Of a stretch of 64,000 nucleotides of DNA, positions 1-10,292 are shown one piece after another; within the stretch, counting starts at the first letter, position 1, and each line of letters begins with the position of its first letter. Source of the DNA: Flavobacteriales bacterium (GTDB lineage Bacteria; Bacteroidota; Bacteroidia; Flavobacteriales_D; Sanyastnellaceae); assembly GCA_029242765.1 (NCBI GenBank), contig JAQWTJ010000004.1:72-64071 (forward strand). Reading direction: 5' to 3'. Position numbers and translations under genes: made by a program. The notes under the pieces were generated by a model. The model had not been told where the DNA came from. It saw only the letters and a list, made by a program, of their open reading frames with translations, and searched no databases.

Positions 1-2
1 AC

Positions 3-386
3 GCAAGTCTTTACCAAAAGGCATTAGTTGCCTTAAATGAAATGCAACCCCTGATTGAAAATGCAATTTGGCATGGCTTGCGACATCTACCGCAAGGCGT
101 ACCCGCTGTATTGGGTTTGAGCATTCACGAGGTCCGCGACGGGCTAATCGAAATTCAAATCCAAGATAACGGTCTGCCAGAAGACTTCACTGACACCCCA
201 GATGCGATTTCGGTGCCCGCTCCGGCGCACCCCGGGAGGGATGCAAAAGAAGCGCGTCGACACGCATCGGATATCATACGGCAACGGCTCCAACTGCTTG
301 ATAATTTGGGCGATTGCCGCTTAAACATTGCCAGTACACACGCTGGAACGACCAGCCGGCTCACCTTACCCACACGACACGTTTAA
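3..386 (+). CDS. sensor histidine kinase, C-terminal HATPase fragment (5' end lies outside the window)
   Basis: The frame of the 42..386 ORF stays open back to base 3. QPLIENAIWHGL matches the N-box of LytS/YehU-type kinases. The product ends ...TSRLTLPTRHV*. Confidence 0.65.
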   Translation, partial: ASLYQKALVALNEMQPLIENAIWHGLRHLPQGVPAVLGLSIHEVRDGLIEIQIQDNGLPEDFTDTPDAISVPAPAHPGRDAKEARRHASDIIRQRLQLLDNLGDCRLNIASTHAGTTSRLTLPTRHV

Positions 387-496
387 AAAAAATGACACGA
401 AAATTATTGGTGTCAAGGTCGAAGGCTCGAAGCATTTGCTACCTTTCTATAAGCAGCCGCGTGGACCCCTTCGCCGGCTCTAAAGAATCTCCGACT

Positions 497-925
497 ATGA
501 AACTCAAGACGGAAAACATCTATCAAGTTATTCTTTTGAAGGCGAGCCCGGCTCAAGTATTTGACGCGCTGATCGATCAAGACGAGCACACGAACTTTAC
601 GGGGAAAGAGGCCTTCATTCAACCCCACGAGGGAGGGTCATTGACCCTTTGCAACGGCAATCAATCGGGCTGGATTACGCGACTGGTAAAGAACAAGCGC
701 ATCGTTTTGACTTTGACGCACAAGCGGTTCCCTGCAGGGCATTTCAGCGTGGTGGACATCCGACTTTCGCGTGAAGAATCAGGAAACACCAAGCTCGTAC
801 TCAACCACATCGGCGTGCCTGAAGAAGCCGCTGGATGGGTAACGGAGGCGTGGAAAAAAGTGCATTGGAAGCCGCTTTCTTCACACCTTCAGTCCAAGAC
901 TCAGCACGCCCAAACGCCGGCCTAA
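497..925 (+). CDS. SRPBCC / AHSA1-like (activator of Hsp90 ATPase homolog) domain protein
   Basis: An internal ATG at 497 gives a 142-aa product, MKLKTENIYQVILLKASPAQVFDALIDQDEHTNFTG..., typical of AHSA1/SRPBCC proteins. The upstream part of the 314..925 ORF overlaps the kinase 3' end and looks non-coding. Confidence 0.65.
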   Translation: MKLKTENIYQVILLKASPAQVFDALIDQDEHTNFTGKEAFIQPHEGGSLTLCNGNQSGWITRLVKNKRIVLTLTHKRFPAGHFSVVDIRLSREESGNTKLVLNHIGVPEEAAGWVTEAWKKVHWKPLSSHLQSKTQHAQTPA

Positions 926-1986
926 CCCAAACCAGGCCAGCGAGCCAATGGCGCATCGTCCAGTCGCCCCCATTGCTCACGCTCAGCGAGAAACTGCCCG
1001 GCCATGGCCACCATCGCCCCGTTGTCCGTGCAACATATAGACTGCGGGATGTGAACCGACCAGCCCTGTTTCTCGCCCAATGCTAATGCCGCTTTTCGCA
1101 AGGAAGAATTGGCCGAGACGCCGCCTTGAATGGCAATGGACTTGCAGTCGAACTGAATCGCTGCCTGCTCCAAACGATCAACCAACATCTCCACCAGAGT
1201 CTGCTGCAGGGCGGCACAAACGTCGTTGATCGCCGACTCATCAAAAACTCGACCGGCGTCAATGGACTTGCGCAAGGTGCTGAGAACCGAGGTTTTCAAT
1301 CCGCTGAAACTAAAATCAAGACCGGTCACCACCGGCTTAGAAAACGTGAATGCAGCAGGGTCACCTAAGGCCGCGCGGCGGTCCACTTCAGGCCCTCCTG
1401 GATAAGGCAACCCGACCCACTTGGCCACCTTATCAAAGGCCTCTCCCGCAGCATCATCCAGCGTTTCGCCGACCACCTCCATGTCCCACGGCGAGTCAAT
1501 GCGGACCAGTTGGGTGTGGCCGCCGCTGACTGTTAGCCCCATGGCCGGTAGATTAGGGGCTGCTGAGCGCACCCCATTGTTCTTGTCATGCGCTGGATGC
1601 TCAACCCAATGCGCCAAGATATGCGCTCGCATATGATGGACGGGCAGCAGCGGAACCCCCAGTGCCCACGACACGCTGCGTGCCCAAGCACTGCCTACCA
1701 GCAGCGAACCGTGCAATCCCGGTCCTCGCGTATAAGCCACCGCATCAATATCCGCCCAGTCTAAACCGGTCTGCTCGAGCAGCGCATCCATCACCGGGCC
1801 GATGTGGACTTGATGCGCGCGTGAAGCCAATTCAGGCACCACTCCACCAAAGTCAGTGTGTACGAGTTGGACTGCATCAACCTGCCCCAACAACTTATTG
1901 CCGCGTAAAAGCGCCATTGAGGTGTCATCGCATGAGGACTCGACACCGAGTACAACGCGCTCCTCCATCGGGGGGACAGAATTCAT
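922..1986 (-). CDS. tsaD: tRNA N6-adenosine threonylcarbamoyltransferase TsaD
   Basis: LGVESSCDDTSMALL, GPGLHGSLLVG and GGVSANSSLR are Kae1/TsaD hallmarks. ATG candidates lie at 1986 and 1968. The gene is divergent from the tamB-like gene, as is usual in Flavobacteriia. Confidence 0.9.
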   Translation of the reverse strand: MNSVPPMEERVVLGVESSCDDTSMALLRGNKLLGQVDAVQLVHTDFGGVVPELASRAHQVHIGPVMDALLEQTGLDWADIDAVAYTRGPGLHGSLLVGSAWARSVSWALGVPLLPVHHMRAHILAHWVEHPAHDKNNGVRSAAPNLPAMGLTVSGGHTQLVRIDSPWDMEVVGETLDDAAGEAFDKVAKWVGLPYPGGPEVDRRAALGDPAAFTFSKPVVTGLDFSFSGLKTSVLSTLRKSIDAGRVFDESAINDVCAALQQTLVEMLVDRLEQAAIQFDCKSIAIQGGVSANSSLRKAALALGEKQGWSVHIPQSICCTDNGAMVAMAGQFLAEREQWGRLDDAPLARWPGLG

Positions 1987-2036
1987 GATGCAAAGTTCGC
2001 TGAGATTGGCACAGATTTTGGAATTTGCGCGCACAA

Positions 2037-5000
2037 ATGTCAAGAGTTAAGCGCATCGTGTTGTGGACCGTCACCGGACTCCTCGCATTTGCTGTAGGGC
2101 TGAGCATCGCTGTGAGCCTTCCAGCCGTGCAATCCCAACTCGTTGAGTGGTCCGCCGCAAACTTCGCCGCATCCACAGGCTTGGACGTAGAAATCGAAGG
2201 CGTACGCATCGGGTGGTTCGACCGCGAACTGCAAGCTGTCGGCATTGATGTCCTTATGCCCCAAGGCTCCGCCGAGCTATTACCTCTTCGCATCGAACAA
2301 CTCGGCGTGTCCGGCTTCCACTGGAGTCAGGGGCAACTCAAACTTGAATCCGTCTCCATCGAGGGCGTTCACCTGGACTTGGAAACTTGGGGGAAGTACA
2401 CATCTGTCAGCCCCCCCTCGAATGGTTCGGGGTCAGACAAGGCTCAAACGTGGTCGCTCGGATCACTCTCGGTGCGTAACATTCACGTCCGCGCAATGGG
2501 CCACGCAACAGCCCTGGATTGGATCGAGGTGAACGAACTGAGCGACCGCAAGGACCAACCCTTCATCCGAGCAGAAGCGAAGTGGTCGAACAACCCCGTT
2601 TTTCCGGGAGGCCACCTGTGGTGTGCCCGCAACGACACGGGCATTTATAAACTCGACTGGACACTCGGACAGCACAGTGGAGGAGCCGCCTGGGCCGAGT
2701 GGGATGGCGACTTGAAAGCATGGAGCCTTGACTCTGCCTATTGTGCCACCTCAGATTTTGAGGGCGTGTTTGACCGTGTTTTTCCGGATCAACTTCAGGC
2801 CCAAGCTGCCGTCGAGGCATTGGGCGACTTCACGCTAAATGCACGCGGCGAAGTTCGGAGCAACACACGCGGCGGAGCCGAATTTCATTTGGCCGGCTCA
2901 GGCAGCGAATTCCACGGCCGACTCGCCGAAGATTTCAGCTCACTGGAATTGAACCGTTGGTCGATGAACTGGGATGCTGCAAAGAGGCTGGGCCGAGCTG
3001 CAGCCCCCGAATTTTGGGACAAAGTGAGCGATTTTCGCCCCACCAATATGCTTGATCCCACCTTCAGCGGAACTCTTCATTTGGCGGGCTCCGACTCGCT
3101 TCAAACTGCCCAGGGGCAAGCATTTCAAATTGTGCGAGCCGAACTGCTCGCAGAGGGGACAAAAAATGGCAACGCTCGTGCTGAAGGCGTCTGGGCCGAG
3201 GACACATTGACATGGAAAATAGAATCCTGTGACTGGGAAATTAGCGCCCAGCAACACCGCATCATCAACTGGACGGGCAAGGCTTATAGCATCGAGTCGC
3301 AGGACAACTGGGAGGGCTTTGGGGATCTGTACACGACATTGGGCGAACACCACGGCGGGCTGGAGATTTCGCTTGGCAACGAAGGGCATTGGACCGCAGG
3401 GCTGTTCGGTCGAGTCGATCGCCTCGTGCTGCCTCATGACTTGAGCGGAAGTTGTTCAGTTTGGGCTCAAATATCTGCCGCACCTGATCGCCCCATGGCC
3501 ATTGAAGCGGTCATGAGTCAAGGCCGGATGATGCACCCCAAAGGGCGGGAGCACCGGGTCGATTTCGTTCACCTGCAAGGCACTTACACCCCACACGCCG
3601 CCCTTTACCCCCTTGAATTGGAGATTCACTCCGATGTGGGCACACTCCAATACGAAGGCACCGGCAAGCTCGAGAAGTCCATGCGACTGGGCCTAGAGCT
3701 GGAACGGCCTGAGCCAGTGGCCGCTCTGATTCATCCGTCCCTTGCCATCAAACCTGGGCTGAAATTAGAATTCAACGAGACGGCCGGATCAATTTCAGCA
3801 GCAATTCCTGGGTGGGGCTGGAAGGATTGGACAGCGCACGGCCTGCAACTCGAGGGGGAAATCGGCCAACCCAGCAAGACGACCAGCGGAGGCATCCGAC
3901 TGCGCGTCTCATTGGACCATGTGATGCGGGGAGATGAGCAGTGGGCTCGCGACATTGCACTTCAATGCTCGCCGCTTGAAGGGACCCCCGAAAACATCAC
4001 CTTTGACTTGGGCTGGAAAGGGCAAACTCAGAGCCGCATCCGCGGTCGACATGCAATACTATCCGAAGGCCACGCTGTGAATTTTGAGCAATTCGACTTC
4101 AGTTTCGGTCCCGCCCAATGGTCGCTCAGCTCTGAAACCCCAGCGATTACGGAACAACATGAGTCACAATCTTGGCTTTTTACAGGGCTGGACTGGACGG
4201 GCGACCACGGTGACATTTCTATTTCTGGGAGCCTTGGAAGGGCGGCAGATCAGAAAATTCAAGTGAACGCAACCGGGCTCTCTGTGGAACGCTGGGGGCA
4301 GACCATTGAGGGCTTCAACTTGAAGCGATTAAGCGGTGAGATCACCGGGCAACTCACGGCTCAAGCGATGCTATCAAGTCCGACAATACGGTACAATGTG
4401 GATTGGTCTGAAGCTGCTTACCGCGGCACCTCATTGGGGCGGGTATCGGCCATTGGGTTTTCTGACTCTGCAGGGCGCCACAGAGGCACATGTTCCAGTT
4501 TTGACCCCCGGGAAAACCTTCGACTCACATGGGACTTGATGCAGAGCGCGGATTCAGCTCAAAGTGTGGCCTTACTGCAAATGTGGAATTGGCCTGTACG
4601 CACCCTCGACCCCATGATAGCCCCCGATGAAATCCAGTTCGAAGGGAGCCTCACTGGAGCAGTCCGCGTAACGGACCCTGTAAGCAATCCAGCCCTACAC
4701 GGTTCACTGAACATCGATGAACTGCAAGTGAGCGTGTCCCAAAGTGGAACAAGTTTCGGCGTGGAGGGCGAGGTCATCCTCTCTGGTGATTTAATCGCCA
4801 TGGACGCCGCCAAGATTACGGATGCTCAGGGGCATCAAGGCGTTGCAAACTTGACGGTCTTCCATGAAAATTGGCGCGAATTCACTTACGATGTGGGCAT
4901 CGATATTGAGGAGGAGCCCTTCCTCTGTCTAGACCTGGAGCCCGGTGTGAATGAGTTTTTCTACGGCCAGGTGGTTGCCTCGGGCATGGTCGATGTGAGC

Positions 5001-6128
5001 GGATCGCTGGGCCGTGTGCAAATAGAGGCGCAAGCCCGAAGTCATGAAGGAACCGTTTTCTCGCTACCGCTCGACGGTTTCGACGACCCCACCCTGCCCG
5101 ACCACTTTCACTTTACAAGCGCTCAGAATGAGGTCGGACCGGTAAACGAAGCCCCATTCAACATCGACTTGACCTTGGACATTGAAGCCCTGAGCGGGAC
5201 CGAAGTGGAAATCATATTTGACGCGGAGGGCGGTGATTACATGGTGGGCACAGGCACGGGCCAACTCAGTTTGGTGATGAGCCAAAATGAGGAGTTCGGC
5301 ATGCGCGGGGCCATCACCTTGGATGATGGCGCGTACGGATTTTCGCTCCGAGACTTGGTGCACAAGGACATTGAGTTGATTCCTGGTGGGACCTTGGTGT
5401 GGAGCGGCGACCCGTACGAGGCGGAGGTGGCGCTGGAAACGGCATATCGCGTAGATGCAGCATTGACACCGCTGCTTGGCCCAGGCCCTGATCACGGGCG
5501 AACACCTGTGGAAGTTCGGATGCGCATCACAGGTGCAATGAGTCGGCCCGACATCGCCTTCGAACTACAGTTCCCAAGAGCTTCGGCGGCCACACGTGCT
5601 GAGGCCAACGCCGTGCTATCTCATGAGGGCGAAACCACTCGCCAGGCCTTCGCTCTACTTGTTGCAGGCCAATTCATCTCGCTAGACATCGGCGAATTCA
5701 ACGCCCAGAATGCACTGATAGGCAACGCGACAGAACTTCTGTCAGCACGCATTTCGAGCATGCTTTCCCAGTTGAGTGACGAGGTGGATATCGGCTTGCG
5801 CTACACCCCCTCGGGCGAAAACACAAGCGGACGTGAAGAAGACGAACTTGCCGTCGCCATGGCCACACGCATCCTGAATGACCGCTTAAAGATCAAAGGC
5901 AGCTTGGGTGCCCGAGGTGTATTGGCCGCTCCGCAATCCCCGTCTAACTTCTTGGGTTCTGTAGAACTGGAGTACCAACTCACCGAGGACGGGCACTGGG
6001 TATTAGACGCCTACAGCGCGCCAAGCGGAGCCGACCTGTTCCAAGAAGGCCAACGCCATGGCATTGGAATTTCCCACCGTGTGGCGGCCGAACGCTTCCG
6101 CGATTTGTTCCGCTGGCGAGACAATTGA
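2037..6128 (+). CDS. tamB: translocation and assembly module TamB-like protein (DUF490 C-terminus)
   Basis: The product is about 1360 aa with an N-terminal TM anchor (IVLWTVTGLLAFAVGLSIAVS) and a long beta-rich body. The C-terminal region (IKGSLG...VELEYQLTEDGHWVLDAYS) is typical of TamB/DUF490. ATG at 2037. Confidence 0.75.
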   Translation: MSRVKRIVLWTVTGLLAFAVGLSIAVSLPAVQSQLVEWSAANFAASTGLDVEIEGVRIGWFDRELQAVGIDVLMPQGSAELLPLRIEQLGVSGFHWSQGQLKLESVSIEGVHLDLETWGKYTSVSPPSNGSGSDKAQTWSLGSLSVRNIHVRAMGHATALDWIEVNELSDRKDQPFIRAEAKWSNNPVFPGGHLWCARNDTGIYKLDWTLGQHSGGAAWAEWDGDLKAWSLDSAYCATSDFEGVFDRVFPDQLQAQAAVEALGDFTLNARGEVRSNTRGGAEFHLAGSGSEFHGRLAEDFSSLELNRWSMNWDAAKRLGRAAAPEFWDKVSDFRPTNMLDPTFSGTLHLAGSDSLQTAQGQAFQIVRAELLAEGTKNGNARAEGVWAEDTLTWKIESCDWEISAQQHRIINWTGKAYSIESQDNWEGFGDLYTTLGEHHGGLEISLGNEGHWTAGLFGRVDRLVLPHDLSGSCSVWAQISAAPDRPMAIEAVMSQGRMMHPKGREHRVDFVHLQGTYTPHAALYPLELEIHSDVGTLQYEGTGKLEKSMRLGLELERPEPVAALIHPSLAIKPGLKLEFNETAGSISAAIPGWGWKDWTAHGLQLEGEIGQPSKTTSGGIRLRVSLDHVMRGDEQWARDIALQCSPLEGTPENITFDLGWKGQTQSRIRGRHAILSEGHAVNFEQFDFSFGPAQWSLSSETPAITEQHESQSWLFTGLDWTGDHGDISISGSLGRAADQKIQVNATGLSVERWGQTIEGFNLKRLSGEITGQLTAQAMLSSPTIRYNVDWSEAAYRGTSLGRVSAIGFSDSAGRHRGTCSSFDPRENLRLTWDLMQSADSAQSVALLQMWNWPVRTLDPMIAPDEIQFEGSLTGAVRVTDPVSNPALHGSLNIDELQVSVSQSGTSFGVEGEVILSGDLIAMDAAKITDAQGHQGVANLTVFHENWREFTYDVGIDIEEEPFLCLDLEPGVNEFFYGQVVASGMVDVSGSLGRVQIEAQARSHEGTVFSLPLDGFDDPTLPDHFHFTSAQNEVGPVNEAPFNIDLTLDIEALSGTEVEIIFDAEGGDYMVGTGTGQLSLVMSQNEEFGMRGAITLDDGAYGFSLRDLVHKDIELIPGGTLVWSGDPYEAEVALETAYRVDAALTPLLGPGPDHGRTPVEVRMRITGAMSRPDIAFELQFPRASAATRAEANAVLSHEGETTRQAFALLVAGQFISLDIGEFNAQNALIGNATELLSARISSMLSQLSDEVDIGLRYTPSGENTSGREEDELAVAMATRILNDRLKIKGSLGARGVLAAPQSPSNFLGSVELEYQLTEDGHWVLDAYSAPSGADLFQEGQRHGIGISHRVAAERFRDLFRWRDN

Positions 6129-6142
6129 CGTACATTCGCAGC

Positions 6143-7192
6143 ATGCACATTTCCCGAATCATTGCAGGCACCATTGGCCTTACAGCTCTAACGATTGCTC
6201 CACAATTCAACGCCCAAATTTCGCTGAATTCAGCTGACCTTCCTCAAGGCGGCATGACATACAACCGTGCCAACGCCAACCCCTCTTTGGAGGACTTTTC
6301 AATCACCGGCGCCAACATGGCTTGGGACTTCGGAAATTTGCAATCCATCGGTGATACGGAAACGGCCTACCACGCCATGAGCGACGCGTCGTTTACGATT
6401 GCGTTTGTGTTCAGCAACGCAGACCACTACACGTCCTTTGATTTGCCTGAATTTGAAGGGTTTGAAATCCCCATCTCAGGTGCCACCATCATTTCGGAAT
6501 ACTCATCCTCGGCCTATTCCACCGTCGGAATTGGCATATCTATAGAATCCTTGGACCTGCCTGTGGCGTACAACGACGCAGATGCAACGCTACCCTTGCC
6601 TTTGACCTTCGGTGCTTCATTAAACGATGACAGTGAATTGGCGCTCGACATTCCCAGCCAGATTTACTTCGCATCGAATTTGAACCGCGACGTAACCGTC
6701 GACGGGTGGGGCACCTTGACGCTTCCAGGAGGCACATTTGAAGTGCTGCGTGTGAAAACGATAATCTCTGGTACAGACTCCCTCAACTTCCCGGCGCAAG
6801 AGATCGGCTTTTCAATTCCAGATAACCGAGTGATTTACGCGTGGTATGCTGCAGGCGAAGGGCTACCAGTGCTGTCCATTACTGAGATTGCAGATGCGCC
6901 AATTATCATCTCGTTTAAAGAGGGTTCGCCGACTGTGGGTCTCGCTCAGATGTCGAATACGCCGAAGAACTTGCAGGTGGTGGGGCCGATCCCAGCCCGT
7001 GATTTCGTTCAGCTTTCCGGCGTGCATGCAGGCCAATTGATTGACGTTGTCGATGCAACGGGTCGGCTATCTGCTCAACTCACGGTGGGCTCCGACGGCC
7101 AGGTCAACATCTCCGGAATGCCTTCCGGCACGTACGTATTGAGTGCATCAGACAACGCTTCTGGCTCAGCTGCACGCTTGGTGGTGGAATGA
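6143..7192 (+). CDS. secreted hypothetical protein with T9SS type A C-terminal sorting domain
   Basis: Signal peptide MHISRIIAGTIGLTALTIAPQFNAQ. The last ~75 aa (LQVVGPIPARDFVQL...GMPSGTYVLSASD...ARLVVE) fit the Por_Secre_tail pattern. Confidence 0.65.
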   Translation: MHISRIIAGTIGLTALTIAPQFNAQISLNSADLPQGGMTYNRANANPSLEDFSITGANMAWDFGNLQSIGDTETAYHAMSDASFTIAFVFSNADHYTSFDLPEFEGFEIPISGATIISEYSSSAYSTVGIGISIESLDLPVAYNDADATLPLPLTFGASLNDDSELALDIPSQIYFASNLNRDVTVDGWGTLTLPGGTFEVLRVKTIISGTDSLNFPAQEIGFSIPDNRVIYAWYAAGEGLPVLSITEIADAPIIISFKEGSPTVGLAQMSNTPKNLQVVGPIPARDFVQLSGVHAGQLIDVVDATGRLSAQLTVGSDGQVNISGMPSGTYVLSASDNASGSAARLVVE

Positions 7193-7590
7193 TCCGATGG
7201 TGCAGGGGACACTTGGCGATGTGGTTCCAACCAGCGTTCTGCAGGACGCAAGCGACTGAAAACACGAACACTTGACATGGGTCGGGGGACAAGCATATCC
7301 CTCCACACTTTTGTACGCAGGGGCACCACAATGGCCCGGTGATGCACGCCGGCCATCGAAGACGCGTTGCTCAGCCAATCGATCGCCTGCGCTTCGAGCA
7401 GCAAATTTGCTGCCGGAACAACCAAAAGCTGGGCCACTTGGTATCCACCAAAAATTTCACGACGCTGAGTTTCGAGCTGTTGCACCAAAGCCAGGTCCAC
7501 AATTAATTCGTCGTTCAGCCGAACGGTGAGAAGTCCGTTTTGAAAATGGAATTGGCCGTACGGGGCCGAATAATTTAAATCAAACGCCAT
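7075..7590 (-). CDS. hypothetical protein
   Basis: This is the only long ORF filling the 7193..7678 gap, with an ATG at 7590 (MAFDLNYSAPYGQF...). The last ~39 codons overlap the convergent gene's CTD-coding end. I recognise no family. Confidence 0.45.
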   Translation of the reverse strand: MAFDLNYSAPYGQFHFQNGLLTVRLNDELIVDLALVQQLETQRREIFGGYQVAQLLVVPAANLLLEAQAIDWLSNASSMAGVHHRAIVVPLRTKVWRDMLVPRPMSSVRVFSRLRPAERWLEPHRQVSPAPSDHSTTKRAAEPEALSDALNTYVPEGIPEMLTWPSEPTVS

Positions 7591-7678
7591 AGAGGCAAGG
7601 TGCAATCCCTGAGCCGCAGCTCAACCCGGAATTCTTAGAATTACCAACAGCGCGGGGCTCAATCACTACAGCTCGCGC

Positions 7679-8824
7679 TCAATCGCAGCCGTAGTCACTG
7701 AAGGGGCTAGGAGAGCAGAAATACAGGTCGGCCGTAATGTCGCCCTCGACCAGTTCCCGAATCGTATTGAGCGAATAGCCCAAGCCGTCGACGCGCTGGT
7801 TCGTTCGGCTCGCCCACAACCCGATACCGCCCGAAATATTCGTGTACTCAGGCCGGTCCTGAATCACACCGGTCACCGGAGCATTCACGGCCAGAAACGT
7901 GTCCAGCTCCTCATTTCCAATGGTAAGGATGAAGTCAAAAGCCCGTTCCTTTTGGATGTTTGCATCCCAATATCCCAAGGCGCGGGTAATCATCGGATCG
8001 TGCGCGAGGCGCGAGGCAAGGAATCGGTAGAATTTCTCACCATTTACAGGCATTTTCACCTCCTCTCCCCCTTGATCATCCGATGCAAATTCAGTCCCCA
8101 AAGCCCAGTCCAATGTGCGCTCCGTTTCGCTCACCAACTCGGTGTGTGCACCATCAGCCCATAGCATTTCAGTGTAGTAGATACGGAGCCCGACTTCGTA
8201 GCGCTTTGCGCCGGGGGTGGTGCTCCATCTGAAGTTGATGTTCGGGAATGATGAAAAGCCGCCGCCGGTACTGGCCCAGTTCATGGCGAATCCTGGAAGG
8301 CCAGCAGGAGGATTGGTGATGTTTCCCGTGGCGCTGCCAATCAAGGTGGTGAGAGCTGAAATAGTCGAGGTGCCGTCGGGGAAGCTGATTGAGAGTCGGT
8401 AGCGCAAATCCTCGTCCAAACCGCCCGGCGAATCAAAGGTGTACGCGCGGTACTGAGGCGCGAAGAAGAGGCCGCCGTCGTCTTTGTTGTCTAACATGGT
8501 GTCCCGAACGACATAAGCCACGACGGGTAATTCGAGCGACTCATCGTCCAAATCAAAGCCCTCTACGAGCACCTCCAGCTCGCCCGGAGCGTACTCTGAA
8601 CTGTCAGCAACCATTGCAAATTCCAGCTGATTCCCCTCGCCAAGCCACGTGCGGTTGATGCGAATCCACTGGGCATCCGTAACCGGGTCAAGCAGGCCGA
8701 AAACGACTGTGGCCCTTTCATAAGGCGCATTCAAGTCCACCTCGGTAGAACAGCCTGCCGCCGACCAAACAAGAATAACCGCCAATAAAGCGGACAAAAA
8801 TGCAGTGAAGGAGGCCTTGAACAT
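7679..8824 (-). CDS. hypothetical lipoprotein
   Basis: Lipobox signal MFKASFTAFLSALLAVILVWSAAGC. The product is 381 aa with a Cys-rich end (YFCSPSPFSDYGCD). I recognise no family. Confidence 0.6.
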   Translation of the reverse strand: MFKASFTAFLSALLAVILVWSAAGCSTEVDLNAPYERATVVFGLLDPVTDAQWIRINRTWLGEGNQLEFAMVADSSEYAPGELEVLVEGFDLDDESLELPVVAYVVRDTMLDNKDDGGLFFAPQYRAYTFDSPGGLDEDLRYRLSISFPDGTSTISALTTLIGSATGNITNPPAGLPGFAMNWASTGGGFSSFPNINFRWSTTPGAKRYEVGLRIYYTEMLWADGAHTELVSETERTLDWALGTEFASDDQGGEEVKMPVNGEKFYRFLASRLAHDPMITRALGYWDANIQKERAFDFILTIGNEELDTFLAVNAPVTGVIQDRPEYTNISGGIGLWASRTNQRVDGLGYSLNTIRELVEGDITADLYFCSPSPFSDYGCD

Positions 8825-8839
8825 GGGCGCAAATTTAGC

Positions 8840-9871
8840 TCACAAGTCGAGTAAAAACTTCAATGTGTCCACACCGTCCGCATATTCAGCAATACCGGGA
8901 CGTTGGGCCGATCCATAGGGGTGTCCGCCTAGACCGATCCGGCATTGGATTTCATCAGCGCGCAAAGCCAATTCAGCATTTAACACCTCCACATCCTCAT
9001 AGCGGTCCCAGTACAACGTAGCCACAGGAGAGGCCAGCGCCTCGTCCTGCTTGAAGAGGACAAATCCATTCTCCAGCAAATCCACCGCCTCAAGAAGCCA
9101 AAGGGCCTTGTGGTAGGTGTAATTGTTGACAAAGCGATGATGGTGCTGCAAATCTGACCAACCGATGAGTGCAGCAAAAATGCGGTCCAAGTCGAAGCCG
9201 GTCGGGACGTAAATCTTGCTCACGCTCCGGCAACCCAAGCCGAAATACCGGAAAATGTCTTCCGACAATGCGACCAAGTCCTCATGACTCTCCTCCCCGC
9301 TAAGTACCGCCACACCAGAGCGTTGACCTCTAATAATGTGGGGGACGTGGGCGAAGTAACGCTCAAAATGCTGGCGCGTGGAATTGCTTCCTGTAGCGAT
9401 CACCGCGTCGTAGTCGTCCAATCGCTCCACGAGCTCAATTTGCTCACCAATTCCTGGACACATAGCAGTCCAGCCCGCAAGCAACGCCGAGGTCAGCCCC
9501 GCATCATCACGGCTTAACCTGAGCTTCACGCGGTGCCCAGCCACCACGGCACACAATATATCGTGTAAGCCCACCCAAGGCAAATTACCTGCCGTAATCA
9601 GCGCCAGCACTTTTGGCTGGCCGTCTTGTTTTCCTCGATTTTTGATCAGGCGGTCTGCATAAGGATGCAGCCAATCCGCGACATTGTCAGGCGACAAAGC
9701 GGCGACCCAGTCCTGAAGACAGCCTCTCAATTGCTCTTCAGCAAACCAACCGTTCATATTCTCAGCACGCGGCAAAGCGTCAGCAAGCACTGCCCATTCA
9801 GCATTGGACTCGTCCTGAAGAACCGCTTGGAACCCTTTACGCAAAGCGGACAAAATTTCTTCAATCGTCAT
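8840..9871 (-). CDS. acyl-CoA reductase (LuxC-like)
   Basis: An internal ATG at 9871 (MTIEEILSALRKGF...) gives 343 aa. This size and the divergent pairing with a ferredoxin match flavobacterial LuxC-type acyl-CoA reductases. The longer ORF to 10162 would overlap the ferredoxin gene. Confidence 0.7.
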   Translation of the reverse strand: MTIEEILSALRKGFQAVLQDESNAEWAVLADALPRAENMNGWFAEEQLRGCLQDWVAALSPDNVADWLHPYADRLIKNRGKQDGQPKVLALITAGNLPWVGLHDILCAVVAGHRVKLRLSRDDAGLTSALLAGWTAMCPGIGEQIELVERLDDYDAVIATGSNSTRQHFERYFAHVPHIIRGQRSGVAVLSGEESHEDLVALSEDIFRYFGLGCRSVSKIYVPTGFDLDRIFAALIGWSDLQHHHRFVNNYTYHKALWLLEAVDLLENGFVLFKQDEALASPVATLYWDRYEDVEVLNAELALRADEIQCRIGLGGHPYGSAQRPGIAEYADGVDTLKFLLDL

Positions 9872-9944
9872 GGGAAAAAAAAACTTGTCATAGCGGGCGC
9901 AAAGATGCGGTTCAAATTGAATCGCCGCGTTGTATTTTTGCACT

Positions 9945-10292
9945 ATGGCGATCATCATCACTGACGAATGCATCAACTGCGGAGCTTGTGAGCCGGAATG
10001 TCCGAACAACGCGATATACGAGGGCGGCGCTATGTGGTCATTTGCCGACGGGACGGTGCTCAAGGGGCCCATCGCACATCCAATTTCGGGGCCCGTCGAC
10101 GCAGACAAGAAGCAGGAGCCCATCAGTCCTGACCTGTACTTCATCGTGCCGGACAAGTGCACCGAATGTGTTGGCTTCCACGACGAACCCCAGTGTGCTG
10201 CAGTTTGTCCAGTGGATTGCTGCGTTGACGATGAAGATCATCGCGAGAGCCAAGAGCAGCTTTTGTCGAAAAAGTCTTTCATGCATCTGTGA
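9945..10292 (+). CDS. 4Fe-4S dicluster ferredoxin
   Basis: [24 protein letters not shown] plus [18 protein letters not shown] provide two cluster-binding Cys motifs. Confidence 0.85.
   Translation: MAIIITDECINCGACEPECPNNAIYEGGAMWSFADGTVLKGPIAHPISGPVDADKKQEPISPDLYFIVPDKCTECVGFHDEPQCAAVCPVDCCVDDEDHRESQEQLLSKKSFMHL

Noticed and set aside
9872-10162. 5' extension of the acyl-CoA reductase ORF. Analogous extensions are 314..496 before the SRPBCC gene, 42448..42630 before yaaA, 48408..48665 before the GT2 gene, 36827..36886 before LOX-2 and 39394..39465 before the S46 peptidase.
   Set aside because: The extensions overlap neighbouring genes or promoter gaps and encode no motif. Internal ATGs give products that start where the family, signal peptide or lipobox is expected.
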